A stretch of DNA of 24,000 nucleotides from an uncultured Actinomycetes bacterium (GTDB taxonomy: Bacteria; Actinomycetota; Acidimicrobiia; Acidimicrobiales; Acidimicrobilacustridaceae), in assembly GCA_937876315.1 (NCBI GenBank), contig CALEHQ010000027.1, forward strand, positions 75,526 to 99,525. The letters run 5' to 3'. The number at the start of each line of letters is the position of its first letter. Position 1 is the stretch's first letter. Below the pieces are notes generated by a model. It did not search any database. It had not been told where the DNA came from and saw only the letters and a list, made by a program, of their open reading frames with translations. This document shows positions 8,201-16,424 of this stretch, one piece after another. Made by a program: the position numbers and the translations under genes.

Positions 8201-10093
8201 TTATTCTTCGTCGACGAGTGAAGCGCCGGGAAACACAGCAGCGATGCGGTCGACACCGGCAGTCGCTGTTCCTCGGGCATTCGTGAGGTCGTCGAGGTCG
8301 ATGGATTCGTCGACTGGGTTTTCGTCGGCGGCGGCGCGGCGCGAAGCGGCGACAGCGCGAGGTGCTGAAGGGTCGGGAGCCGAACCATCGACAACGAGTC
8401 GGATGGGAACGGTTGTGCCGAAATGCGCCGACAGCATCGACTCGACCTCGGGGCGGAGTTCTTCACAGCGCGTTGCGTGCGGTTCGTTGGGAAGCCCGAA
8501 CACGGCGACACCTTCCGAGACCTCGACCCAGTGGCCACCAGAGAACCGGGCGCGAGACCGCTGGGGGAGAGCGGGAAGGAGTGTGTCGCTCCAAATGCGC
8601 GTGAGGTCGACGAGTGCAGGCATTGTCCCGCCCGCGGGTGCTGGTGCTGCGGGCGGTGCTGTATCGGCTGAAGGTTGCGGTTCGGCTTGCGGTTCGGGCT
8701 CAGGTGCAGCTGGAGAACTTGCCGCTGGTGCCGCTGGAGCGGAACCGGGACGGGCCGGTCGTGCAGGTCTGCCGGGGGCCGGACGAGCCGCCGGACGGGC
8801 AGGGCGCGCGCCCTCTTCAGCACCAGAGCGACGAGCGAGTTCTTGGCGAGCCACATCGGCAGGACGGCTACCGGCTGCTGGCATGGCGCTACCATCGGTG
8901 TGTTCTTCGTCGGTGTCGTCGTTGGCCACCGGAGGAGGTGGTGCAGTCGGGCGGGCAGGACCAGGGCTCGCAAGTGCAGGGTCGGCGGCCGCAACAACGC
9001 CATCGCGTTCAAGACGAGAGATGCGATCGGCCAATGACGAAAGTGAAATGTCGGCGTCGTCGCGAGTGAGACGCACGAGTGCGACTTCAAGCGGAATACG
9101 CGGATCAAGCGCGTCTTGGATTCCGACGAATGCTTCGCCGAGTGATTCGAGTGCGCGAGTTGCGCCCGCAGCACCAAGGCGACGGCCCTGTTCCGTAGCG
9201 CGGGCGCGGTCGGTGTCGGTCAGACGCGAAAGGTCGGCGCCAACCGATGCAAGAAAGACGTCGCGCAGTCGGGCAATGAGCGCTTCGCCAAGAACGCGTG
9301 GGTTGCGACCACGAGAGAGCGCGCCCTCGACGGCAATGAGTGCACGACCGGTGTCGCGTTCGCATAACGCTTCGACAAGTTCGTCGACTGCATCTTCCGA
9401 ATCGGGGATTCCGCCAGCAGCGACAACGCGATCGAGTGCCGAAAGGGTGTCGCGTGCAGAACCGGCGCCGACGCGCAGCACATACGCGCGACCCTCGGGT
9501 GAAAGTTCAAGACCAGCGTCGGCAACGACGTGGTCGACAAGACCTTCGAGATCGGCAGCTGAAAGTAAATGCACTTCGAAGTGCTGCGTGCGACTGCGGA
9601 TGGTGGGCAGCACCTTCTGGGGGTCGGTGGTTGCCAACACGAAGATGACATGCGACGGTGGTTCTTCGAGCGTTTTCAACAGTGCATTCGATGCTGCTGT
9701 CGAGAGCATGTGGACTTCATCGAGGATGTACACCTTGTAACGACCAGGTGTGGCGAGCGACGCACTGGAAATGAGATCGCGGATTGCATCGACGCCGTTA
9801 TTGGAAGCAGCATCGAGTTCGTGCACATCGAAACTGGTGCCGGCATCGATTGAAAGGCAGGAATCGCACACGCAGCAGGGTTCGCCTCCGGCTGGGTTCT
9901 CGCAGTTGAGAACCTTGGCCAAGATGCGTGCAGTTGAGGTCTTGCCCGTCCCGCGAGGCCCGGAGAAGAGGTAGGCGTGACCGAGTCGGTCTTCGGTGAC
10001 GGCGTTGCGAAGTGCCGAGACGAGGTGCTCTTGACCACGGACCTCGCTGAAGCGGGTCGGGCGGTAACGACGGTAGAGCGACTGGTAGGACAT
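8201..10093 (-). CDS. dnaX: DNA polymerase III subunit gamma/tau
   Basis: N-terminus YRRYRPTRFSEVRGQEHL, Walker A GPRGTGKTS, zinc module CENPAGGEPCCVCDSC, DEVHML, RSRTQHF. A Pro/Ala-rich linker precedes the C-terminal domain. Confidence 0.95.
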   Translation of the reverse strand: MSYQSLYRRYRPTRFSEVRGQEHLVSALRNAVTEDRLGHAYLFSGPRGTGKTSTARILAKVLNCENPAGGEPCCVCDSCLSIDAGTSFDVHELDAASNNGVDAIRDLISSASLATPGRYKVYILDEVHMLSTAASNALLKTLEEPPSHVIFVLATTDPQKVLPTIRSRTQHFEVHLLSAADLEGLVDHVVADAGLELSPEGRAYVLRVGAGSARDTLSALDRVVAAGGIPDSEDAVDELVEALCERDTGRALIAVEGALSRGRNPRVLGEALIARLRDVFLASVGADLSRLTDTDRARATEQGRRLGAAGATRALESLGEAFVGIQDALDPRIPLEVALVRLTRDDADISLSSLADRISRLERDGVVAAADPALASPGPARPTAPPPPVANDDTDEEHTDGSAMPAAGSRPADVARQELARRSGAEEGARPARPAARPAPGRPARPARPGSAPAAPAASSPAAPEPEPQAEPQPSADTAPPAAPAPAGGTMPALVDLTRIWSDTLLPALPQRSRARFSGGHWVEVSEGVAVFGLPNEPHATRCEELRPEVESMLSAHFGTTVPIRLVVDGSAPDPSAPRAVAASRRAAADENPVDESIDLDDLTNARGTATAGVDRIAAVFPGASLVDEE

Positions 10094-10169
10094 CGGGGCG
10101 AGCCTACCGATCGTCTGGGGCTGCCATCGCCCGAAGTTGGATCGGGTCCGGGGCGCGAAACGACCCGCC

Positions 10170-10290
10170 CCCCCGTGTGACGGTCAGGCGACCTGCGGCA
10201 CATCGGTGGTCCCGTTGAGAGCTGCTGCCTTCCGGCCCTGACTCGATTCGCGGGTTCCGATTGCACAGGACCCGACCGCCACACGCGAGA
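10170..10290 (-). ncRNA. ffs: signal recognition particle RNA (small bacterial SRP / 4.5S type); ends uncertain by about 15 nt
   Basis: The minus strand reads GAGUCAGGGCC-GGAA-GGCAGCAGCUC. This is the conserved domain IV pattern: GNRA tetraloop (plus-strand 10230-10233) flanked by AGG and AGCA loop motifs. Extended helical pairing supports it: CCCG/CGGG, AUCGG/CCGAU, CCUG/CAGG, CGGUC/GACCG, GUGUG/CACAC. It occupies the position upstream of dnaX usual in Actinobacteria. Confidence 0.75.
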
Positions 10291-10355
10291 GCGGGTCTGG
10301 AGGAACGATACCCTGTCGGACTGGAATGCCATTCGGCCCCGCCGGTTGGTCCCCG

Positions 10356-10443
10356 GGAGGGGTGCGAGAGCGGCCGAATCGGCACGCTTGGAAAGCGTGT
10401 GTGGGGAAACTCACCGTGGGTTCGAATCCCACTCCCTCCGCCA
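10356..10443 (+). tRNA. tRNA-Ser (anticodon GGA)
   Basis: Manual fold: acceptor GGAGGGG/TCCCTCC, D stem CGA/TCG, anticodon stem CACGC/GCGTG with loop TTGGAAA. Also a long variable arm, a T arm GTGGG-TTCGAAT-CCCAC, discriminator G and an encoded CCA. Confidence 0.9.
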
Positions 10444-10476
10444 AAAGGCTTTGAGAGAAACGTGATCGGAGACGAA

Positions 10477-10950
10477 ATGGGAGAAGCAGCCGATGCCTCC
10501 ACACTCTCCGATCACGACCTCATGGGCCTCGCTCTCGAACAAGCGCGACTCGCTGGCGAGCAGGGTGAAGTTCCGATCGGTGCCGTCGTTGTGATCGATG
10601 GCAAAGTCGTTGCTCGACGCCATAACGAGCGCGAACAGTCACAAGATCCCACTTCGCACGCGGAACTTCTGGCGGTTCGCGATGCGGCTGCCGCAGTTGG
10701 TTCCTGGCGACTCGAGAACGCCACGGTGGTGGTCACGCTTGAACCATGCGCCATGTGTGCAGGCCTCATGGTCAATGCTCGCGTTGGACGTGTCGTGTTT
10801 GGCGCTCGAAGTTACGAAAACGGTGCGTGCGGTTCGCTGTATCACTTGGGCAGTGATCCTCGACTCAATCATGAGTTCACGACGACTTCCGATGTGCGGG
10901 TTGAGGAGTGCAGCGAACTGCTGTCTTCCTACTTCGCCAGTCTTCGCTAA
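10477..10950 (+). CDS. tadA: tRNA-specific adenosine deaminase
   Basis: CDA-fold zinc motifs HAELLAV and TLEPCAMCAG, and an N-terminus LMGLALEQARLAGEQGEVPIGAVVV. The ATG at 10477 lies after GGAGA. The upstream part of the tracked ORF overlaps the tRNA and SRP RNA, so it is not coding. A GTG at 10462 is an alternative start. Confidence 0.9.
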   Translation: MGEAADASTLSDHDLMGLALEQARLAGEQGEVPIGAVVVIDGKVVARRHNEREQSQDPTSHAELLAVRDAAAAVGSWRLENATVVVTLEPCAMCAGLMVNARVGRVVFGARSYENGACGSLYHLGSDPRLNHEFTTTSDVRVEECSELLSSYFASLR

Positions 10951-10975
10951 CCCGGAACCCGTCCCAGACCGGCGT

Positions 10976-10998
10976 TGGCCCCCTTCGAAGGGCGGCCA
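10976..10998 (+). terminator. GC-rich near-perfect palindrome/hairpin downstream of tadA
   Basis: The sequence TGGCCCCCTTCGAAGGGCGGCCA has one mismatch per arm. There is no U-tract, so its function is uncertain. Confidence 0.3.
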
Positions 10999-11012
10999 CT
11001 AGTGTCGAAGAC

Positions 11013-11102
11013 GGAAAGTTGCCAGAGCGGACGAATGGGGCGGCCTCGAAAGCCGTTGTGGCCTTCGGGTCACCGAGGGTTCGAATCCCTCACTTTCCGC
11101 CA
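11013..11102 (+). tRNA. tRNA-Ser (anticodon CGA)
   Basis: Manual fold: acceptor GGAAAGT/ACTTTCC, D stem CCA/TGG, anticodon stem GCGGC/GCCGT with loop CTCGAAA. Also a long variable arm, a T arm GAGGG-TTCGAAT-CCCTC, discriminator G and CCA. Confidence 0.9.
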
Positions 11103-11106
11103 CCAA

Positions 11107-11131
11107 CGCCGGCGCCTTCGAGGCGCCGGTG
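11107..11131 (+). terminator. GC-rich hairpin immediately 3' of tRNA-Ser(CGA)
   Basis: CCGGCGCC-TTCGA-GGCGCCGG forms an 8-bp perfect stem, extendable by two pairs. No U-tract follows. Confidence 0.35.
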
Positions 11132-11161
11132 GCGCGTTCAGGGCCGTAGCCTGATCCCACC

Positions 11162-13042
11162 ATGATGCCCAGTTCGCTCCATTCAATGATGGCCGGCAAC
11201 CGCGACGCGATCGCCGGTAAGTCGCTCAGTCGCCGGACAATCCTCCGAGTGCTCTCCTACACCAGTCCGTATCGGTTGGCGATCACAGCATTCCTGATCG
11301 TCATCGTGATCCAGGCATTACTTGGGCTTGCTCCGGCCCTGCTGTTTCGTCAGATCATCGACAAGGCCATTCCCGAAGGCAACCGCGGGCTCTTGCACGT
11401 TCTTGCCGCAGTGATTATCGCCGCGGCGGTTTTTTCTTCCGCGATGTCGTTCTGTGAGCGCCTCTATTCCTCGCGCATCGGCGAAGGACTGATTTTCGAT
11501 CTTCGGGTGAAGTTGTTCGATCACGTATCGGCGATGCCAATTGGGTTCTTCACGCGTACTCAAACTGGTGCACTGATGAGTCGACTGAATAACGACGTCA
11601 TCGGGGCGCAGCGCGCAGTCACCACCACCCTCGGTTCGGTTGTTTCAAACGTCATCGTGTTAATCACGACATTGATCGCAATGTTCTATTTGGAATGGCG
11701 CCTGACGATTATTGGCATTCTGGTTTTGCCGATCTTCATCATCCCCGCCAAGAGAGTTGGGCGGCGGTTGTCGGCGATCACGCGACGTGGTTTCGACTTG
11801 AACGCTGTGATGAACACGCAGATGACGGAACGCTTCAACGTATCGGGCGCACTTTTGGTGAAGCTCTTTGGAAATCGAAAGCGCGAAAACAAAGAATTTT
11901 CCGATCGAGCGGCAGAGGTCCGTGATGTGGGCATTCAGAGCGCTATGTACAGCCGTACCTTTCTCATTGCGCTTGCTCTCGTTGGCGCAATCGGAACGGC
12001 ACTTGTGTACTGGATCGGCGGGCAGCTTGTTATTTCCGATGCGATCACGCTTGGAACGTTGGTCGCATTAGCGGCACTGGTGACACGCATCTATGAACCG
12101 CTCACTGCGCTTTCGAGTGCTCGTGTCGACATCATGACTGCACTTGTTTCCTTCGATCGCGTCTTTGAAGTCCTCGATCTTCGCAATTCGCTCGATGACA
12201 AAGAAGATGCAATCGACCTTCCTCCTTCTAAGGGCGCAATTGAATTTGATCACGTCACCTTCCGCTATCCATCTGGATCGGAAGAGTCGCTCGCTTCCCT
12301 CGAAATCGGGTTGAGCGGCTCGGTTGATGATGGCCCCGGTGCCGAGGTTCTTCACGATGTCTCCGCTTCAATTCTTCCCGGGCAGTTGATCGCACTCGTT
12401 GGCCCATCGGGTGCAGGTAAGACGACGTTGAGTTCCCTGGTCCCGCGTTTGTATGACGTCACCGAAGGTTCGGTGCGTATCGATGGTCACGACGTTCGTG
12501 ATCTCACGCTCGATTCCTTGCGCGGTGCAGTTGGCGTGGTGTCTCAGGACCCTCACCTGTTTCATGACACCGTTGCCGAGAACCTTCGCTATGCCCGCCA
12601 CGATGCCACCGATGCAGAGATTGTTGCTGCCTGTCAGGCTGCACAGATTCACGATGTGATTGCTGCGCTTCCCGACGGTTACAACACCGTTGTTGGTGAG
12701 CGAGGTCATCGCCTCTCTGGTGGCGAGAAGCAGCGTTTGGCGATTGCGCGCGTATTGGTGAAAGCGCCGGCGATTATCGTTCTCGACGAAGCAACAAGTC
12801 ATCTCGATTCGGAAAACGAATCGCTTGTTCAAAAGGCGCTGGCCACTGCGCTCGCAGGCCGAACAGCGTTAGTCGTTGCGCATCGGCTTTCGACCATCAC
12901 TGGCGCCGACCAGATCCTGGTTCTTGAGTCAGGTCGGATCGTTGAGCGTGGTCGCCACGAAGAGTTGTTGAACGCCGATGGTTTGTATGCCGACCTCTAC
13001 CGCACTCTCGTGCGTCAAGATCTCGAAGGCATTGAGGCCTAA
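11162..13042 (+). CDS. ABC exporter, fused permease/ATPase (type I exporter, MsbA/MdlB-like)
   Basis: 626 aa with an N-terminal six-helix transmembrane domain. Walker A GPSGAGKTT, signature LSGGEKQRLAIAR, Walker B IIVLDEATSHLD, H-loop VVAHRLST. Confidence 0.9.
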   Translation: MMPSSLHSMMAGNRDAIAGKSLSRRTILRVLSYTSPYRLAITAFLIVIVIQALLGLAPALLFRQIIDKAIPEGNRGLLHVLAAVIIAAAVFSSAMSFCERLYSSRIGEGLIFDLRVKLFDHVSAMPIGFFTRTQTGALMSRLNNDVIGAQRAVTTTLGSVVSNVIVLITTLIAMFYLEWRLTIIGILVLPIFIIPAKRVGRRLSAITRRGFDLNAVMNTQMTERFNVSGALLVKLFGNRKRENKEFSDRAAEVRDVGIQSAMYSRTFLIALALVGAIGTALVYWIGGQLVISDAITLGTLVALAALVTRIYEPLTALSSARVDIMTALVSFDRVFEVLDLRNSLDDKEDAIDLPPSKGAIEFDHVTFRYPSGSEESLASLEIGLSGSVDDGPGAEVLHDVSASILPGQLIALVGPSGAGKTTLSSLVPRLYDVTEGSVRIDGHDVRDLTLDSLRGAVGVVSQDPHLFHDTVAENLRYARHDATDAEIVAACQAAQIHDVIAALPDGYNTVVGERGHRLSGGEKQRLAIARVLVKAPAIIVLDEATSHLDSENESLVQKALATALAGRTALVVAHRLSTITGADQILVLESGRIVERGRHEELLNADGLYADLYRTLVRQDLEGIEA

Positions 13043-13046
13043 CCGG

Positions 13047-14015
13047 TCAATTGGTTGCGAGAAGTTCTCGCAACCGGGGGAGCATCTCGGATCCAAGAAC
13101 AGCGATTTGCTCGCGGGCTGCGTCAGGAGCGATCCCGGGGGCGTGGATCCGTAAGTTGAGGCATGTGCTGTTGGTTGTGCGCAACGCTTCAGCGAGTTCG
13201 GTGGCGAGCGAGGCTGCGTCATCACCACATATCCAGCCGTTGTCGCGCCAATGCGAAAGTGCTTCTGTCGGCGAGTAGCTCTGGTACACCTCAAACTGCG
13301 CTTCAAATGCCTCTTTGGGTGGTGAACCCAACCACACGCGGCGAATCAGAATGCGTGGCGCGTTGCCACCGGCTTCGACATAGGCATCGGAGAGTGTGCG
13401 CAGTCGATCAGGGTTACTTCCGCCGTCAAAAATGATTCCGGCGCCTGCATTGGCGGCGCGACGCACAGCCGCGGGGCTCATCGCAGTGCTGATGACAGGG
13501 ATTGATCGCTCGGTGAGTTCACGCAATGCGCGATCTCCTTCAATCACCCCAAGTTGTCGGCCCGCCAGCATGTTGACGAGGCGAGGTAGATCGCGTTTGA
13601 AAATATCGACCGCCGTGCTTTGGTCGATTTCCATCGCTTCGAAGTCGAGGGGCAACGAACCTGAACCAACACCGATTCCGACGCGACCAGGGAAACGCGC
13701 ATCGAGCCAAGCAACTTCTTCGGCCAGCATGGCAACTGGCCGAAGCGGAAGCAGAACAGGACAGGCAGCTGCCCATCCCTTCGACATCGCTGAAAGTTGG
13801 AAGCCGCTGGTTTGCAATGGATTGGGGAGATAGCCGGCGAATCCGCCATGGTGTTCTGACGTCATCACCCCATCGAATCCGTTGTCAGTCGCTATGGCCG
13901 CCTGCGTGCATAACTGCTCAACGATGTCGACCGCCGCGAGTTCGTTATGGGGATAGAGGCGGAGGGAGATCGACCCGTCAGCAAAGACGTTGGAGGTGTG
14001 GGTGTGATCGGCCAT
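13047..14015 (-). CDS. luciferase-like (LLM class) flavin/F420-dependent oxidoreductase
   Basis: 322 aa. The N-terminal region A..A...GFDGVMTSEHHGGFAGYLPNPL and the overall TIM-barrel LLM pattern match. The cofactor cannot be assigned from sequence alone. Confidence 0.7.
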   Translation of the reverse strand: MADHTHTSNVFADGSISLRLYPHNELAAVDIVEQLCTQAAIATDNGFDGVMTSEHHGGFAGYLPNPLQTSGFQLSAMSKGWAAACPVLLPLRPVAMLAEEVAWLDARFPGRVGIGVGSGSLPLDFEAMEIDQSTAVDIFKRDLPRLVNMLAGRQLGVIEGDRALRELTERSIPVISTAMSPAAVRRAANAGAGIIFDGGSNPDRLRTLSDAYVEAGGNAPRILIRRVWLGSPPKEAFEAQFEVYQSYSPTEALSHWRDNGWICGDDAASLATELAEALRTTNSTCLNLRIHAPGIAPDAAREQIAVLGSEMLPRLRELLATN

Positions 14016-14038
14016 AGTCGGAGGTTACGGCGCATCGA

Positions 14039-14605
14039 ATGCGGACGCTGCGGCTCCTGCCGTCGTACGCTCCCTGCATGGCATCCGAGGAACTTTCCGC
14101 GACCGTCGAACGTCTTTTGGCCTTTGAAGAAATTCGTCAGTTGGCTTCGCACTACGCCGTTGCGGTCGACTCCCGCGATCTAGACGCTCTGGTCGAACTA
14201 TTTGTTGACGACGTTCGTGTTGGCCTCGACACCTTCGGACGTGAGGCGTTACGGGCATCGTTCTCGGACTCACTGGGTGCGATTGGAATTTCGATGCTGA
14301 ACGTGGGGACGCACGCGATCGACATTGTCGATTCCAACCATGCAACTGGCCAGGTGTATTGCCACGGACAGATTCAGGACGGTGATCGCTGGATTCACCA
14401 GTTCATCCTTTATCGCGATACCTATGAGCGGCGTGACGGTGAGTGGTTTTTCGTTCGGCGAATTCATGAACTTTGGTACGGCGAGAAAGCACCGACGTCC
14501 CCGCTCTCAATGGCGCCTGCGGAATGGCCAAAGAATCACGATGGTTTGGGCACCGTGCCTGCGTCGTGGCCGTCATGGACGGCATTTTGGGAAGATCACA
14601 CCTGA
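14039..14605 (+). CDS. SnoaL-like / NTF2-fold protein of unknown function
   Basis: LAFEEIRQLASHYAVAVDSRDLDALVELFVDDV is typical of SnoaL-like (NTF2 superfamily) domains. GGAGG lies 14 nt upstream of the ATG at 14039. An ATG at 14078 (MASEELS...) is an alternative start. Confidence 0.6.
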   Translation: MRTLRLLPSYAPCMASEELSATVERLLAFEEIRQLASHYAVAVDSRDLDALVELFVDDVRVGLDTFGREALRASFSDSLGAIGISMLNVGTHAIDIVDSNHATGQVYCHGQIQDGDRWIHQFILYRDTYERRDGEWFFVRRIHELWYGEKAPTSPLSMAPAEWPKNHDGLGTVPASWPSWTAFWEDHT

Positions 14606-14716
14606 GTTCTTTCGTCGCATCAGGGGTGTGACTGTTTCCTCGTCATGCTTCAACGCAGAGAACTATCGTGCGACCATCGGCGCGCCGCCGTCGACTGAGT
14701 TCTTGGGGGAGAACAC

Positions 14717-15427
14717 ATGACTGACGCACCACCACCGCCACCACCGGGAAGTACACCGCCACCGCCACCGCCACCGCCACCGCCACCGCCGGGAAGTACC
14801 CCACCACCTGCTCCACCCACACCGCCAGCATCACCGGTCCCACCGGTTGGTGGTGCGCCTAGCCCGAACAACGGATTAGCAATTGCTGCCCTCGTGCTCG
14901 GCATCTTGACCTTTGTGTGTCTCGGCCCGATCGCTGGTGTCCTCGCCATCATCTTTGGTTTCTTGGGGCTGAAGAAGGCGAACGAAATGGGCGGTACCGG
15001 TAAGGGCATGTCTATCGCCGGCATCGTGCTCGGCTTAGTTGGGACAATCGCCTCAATCCTGTTTCTGGTTTTCGTTGTCTTTGCTGTTGGTCAGGCAACT
15101 GACTCAATCTCCGATTCGGTGAAGAACTGGTCGGGAGAAGCGAATGCATCCGACTACAACGTGACCGTTGAAAAGTGCGCGGTCGACGAAACGTTTGGTT
15201 CGCCGGAAATGACGATCAAAGTCACGAACAAAACTTCAGGTGAGAAGAACTACATTTTCAACTACGAGTTCCGCTCCGGCTCGGGCACATTGATCGACAG
15301 CGGCTCGTCATTTCCGGAATCGATACCCCCGAATGGCTCGAAACTTGTGGTGATTTCAAGTTTCGAAGATGTGACATCACCTTCGGTGAAGTGTGAAATC
15401 ACCAGTGTTGAAAATTGGTTCAACTGA
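14717..15427 (+). CDS. membrane protein with a poly-proline N-terminus, a DUF4190-like two-helix hairpin, and a C-terminal extracytoplasmic beta-rich domain
   Basis: GGGGGAG RBS upstream. The N-terminus is PPPPPPGSTPPPPPPPPPPPPGSTPPPAPPTPP. The two helices GLAIAALVLGILTFVCLGPIAGVLAIIFGFLGLKKA resemble DUF4190. A third helix follows, then a C-terminal domain of about 110 aa containing two Cys. Confidence 0.7.
   Translation: MTDAPPPPPPGSTPPPPPPPPPPPPGSTPPPAPPTPPASPVPPVGGAPSPNNGLAIAALVLGILTFVCLGPIAGVLAIIFGFLGLKKANEMGGTGKGMSIAGIVLGLVGTIASILFLVFVVFAVGQATDSISDSVKNWSGEANASDYNVTVEKCAVDETFGSPEMTIKVTNKTSGEKNYIFNYEFRSGSGTLIDSGSSFPESIPPNGSKLVVISSFEDVTSPSVKCEITSVENWFN
14756..14790 (+). repeat. coding hexanucleotide microsatellite (CCGCCA)x5 + CCGCC, nested in a duplicated CCGGGAAGTAC (PGST) unit
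   Basis: Counted directly from the sequence. The flanking CCGGGAAGTAC copies lie at 14744-14754 and 14787-14797. Confidence 0.9.
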
Positions 15428-15453
15428 GCTTTCTGATTGTTCCTGAAATTCGT

Positions 15454-15482
15454 GCAGAGCCTGGCCTTGTGCCGGGCTCTGT
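15454..15482 (+). terminator. hairpin downstream of the DUF4190-like gene
   Basis: The stem CAGAGCC...GGCTCTG is 7 bp with a 13-nt loop. No clear U-tract follows. Confidence 0.3.
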
Positions 15483-15512
15483 CGCGTCCGGCGCGATCGC
15501 TAGCGTGACGAC

Positions 15513-16421
15513 ATGCGAGTTGCGTTTGTGACGACAATTGACCAAGACGCGATTCATGACGATGTCGACCTTCCGCTCCAAGTAACTGTATTTGCCGATT
15601 CAGGCATCGAACTCGTCCAAGCGCCGTGGGAAGACCCAACCATCGACTGGGATTCGTTCGATCTCATCGTGGTGCGGAGTCCATGGAACTACGTCGATCG
15701 GCTTGACGAGTTTCGCCATTGGTTGGACTCGCGTCGACGCATGAGGACAATTCACAATGCGGTGTCGCTTATTGAATGGAACATGGACAAGCGGTATCTC
15801 GCCGGTCTTGCTGCGCGCGGGGTGCCGATTGTGCCGACGGTGTTCGCCGAGTCAATGGAACAATTCCAAGTGGCTGCCAGGTCTGCACGTAGTCCAGAAA
15901 TCGTCGTGAAGCCCTCGGTGTCGGCGGGGAGTCGACTCACGGGTCGCTTCGCGGTGGACGATGCTGCCGCTGAGGAACTCGCGGGTCAGGTACTTGCCAA
16001 GGGTTTTGCGGTAATGGTGCAACCTTTCGCTTCACGCATCGATGATCAGGGCGAAATCGGAACGGTCCTCTTTGACGGCGTGGTGTCTCATTCGTTCCGC
16101 AAAGCTGCGCGTCTGGCCGAAGGCGGTGCGCTTGTGGGTGGCGAATACAGGGAGGAAATCACGGCGATCGTTGCACCCGATGACATCCTTGCCGTCGTCG
16201 AATTGGCATCGATCGCCGCAACCACGATCGCCCGTGAGAGCGGTTGGCTCGCCGCCAACGAGGAACTTCTCTATGGGCGCTATGACGTCATCCGCCTCGA
16301 TGATGGATCACCTGCATTGCTCGAGGCAGAACTCTTCGAGCCCTGCTTCTTCTTGCCGACGGATGCTGAAGCACCCCATCGTTTCGTTGACGCTGTTATT
16401 CGACGGTTGCCGAACTCGTAG
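15513..16421 (+). CDS. ATP-grasp-fold ligase of unknown specificity (RimK/glutathione-synthetase-like)
   Basis: 302 aa. The N-terminal pre-ATP-grasp pattern is W.DP.IDWDSFDLIVVRSPWNY...F..W, followed by NMDKRYLAGLAARGVPIVPT. Also present are IVVKPSVSAGS, VMVQPF and ALLEAELFEP, resembling the ATP-grasp strand and loop motifs. Confidence 0.55.
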   Translation: MRVAFVTTIDQDAIHDDVDLPLQVTVFADSGIELVQAPWEDPTIDWDSFDLIVVRSPWNYVDRLDEFRHWLDSRRRMRTIHNAVSLIEWNMDKRYLAGLAARGVPIVPTVFAESMEQFQVAARSARSPEIVVKPSVSAGSRLTGRFAVDDAAAEELAGQVLAKGFAVMVQPFASRIDDQGEIGTVLFDGVVSHSFRKAARLAEGGALVGGEYREEITAIVAPDDILAVVELASIAATTIARESGWLAANEELLYGRYDVIRLDDGSPALLEAELFEPCFFLPTDAEAPHRFVDAVIRRLPNS

Positions 16422-16424
16422 ATG

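Noticed and set aside
8169-9740. 523-aa ORF on the + strand, plus a 406-aa ORF at 7957-9177 (-) in another frame
   Set aside because: Both lie entirely inside or antisense to dnaX and ybaB, whose products carry unmistakable motifs. The translations are Ser/Arg/Ala/Pro-rich low-complexity strings, typical of stop-free alternative frames in high-GC DNA.
8201-10093. Programmed -1 frameshift site in dnaX (as in E. coli gamma/tau)
   Set aside because: I could not see an A-AAA-AAG-type slippery heptamer on the coding strand, so I make no claim.
10104-10504. ORFs of 106-132 aa (-) and the 5' extension of the tadA ORF (10261-10476, +)
   Set aside because: They overlap the SRP RNA and tRNA-Ser(GGA) structures. 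The region is better explained by RNA genes.
10356-11102. Idea that the flanking tRNA-Ser genes are TadA editing substrates
   Set aside because: Their anticodons are GGA and CGA, with no A34 to deaminate. The known TadA substrate is tRNA-Arg(ACG). The adjacency is more likely plain synteny.
10999-11199. 66-aa ORF on the - strand
   Set aside because: It covers tRNA-Ser(CGA) and its hairpin, so it is not coding.
14650-15024. 124-aa ORF with a poly-Gly run on the - strand
   Set aside because: It is the mirror image of the CCG/CCA proline repeat. The + strand gene has an RBS and coherent membrane-protein architecture.
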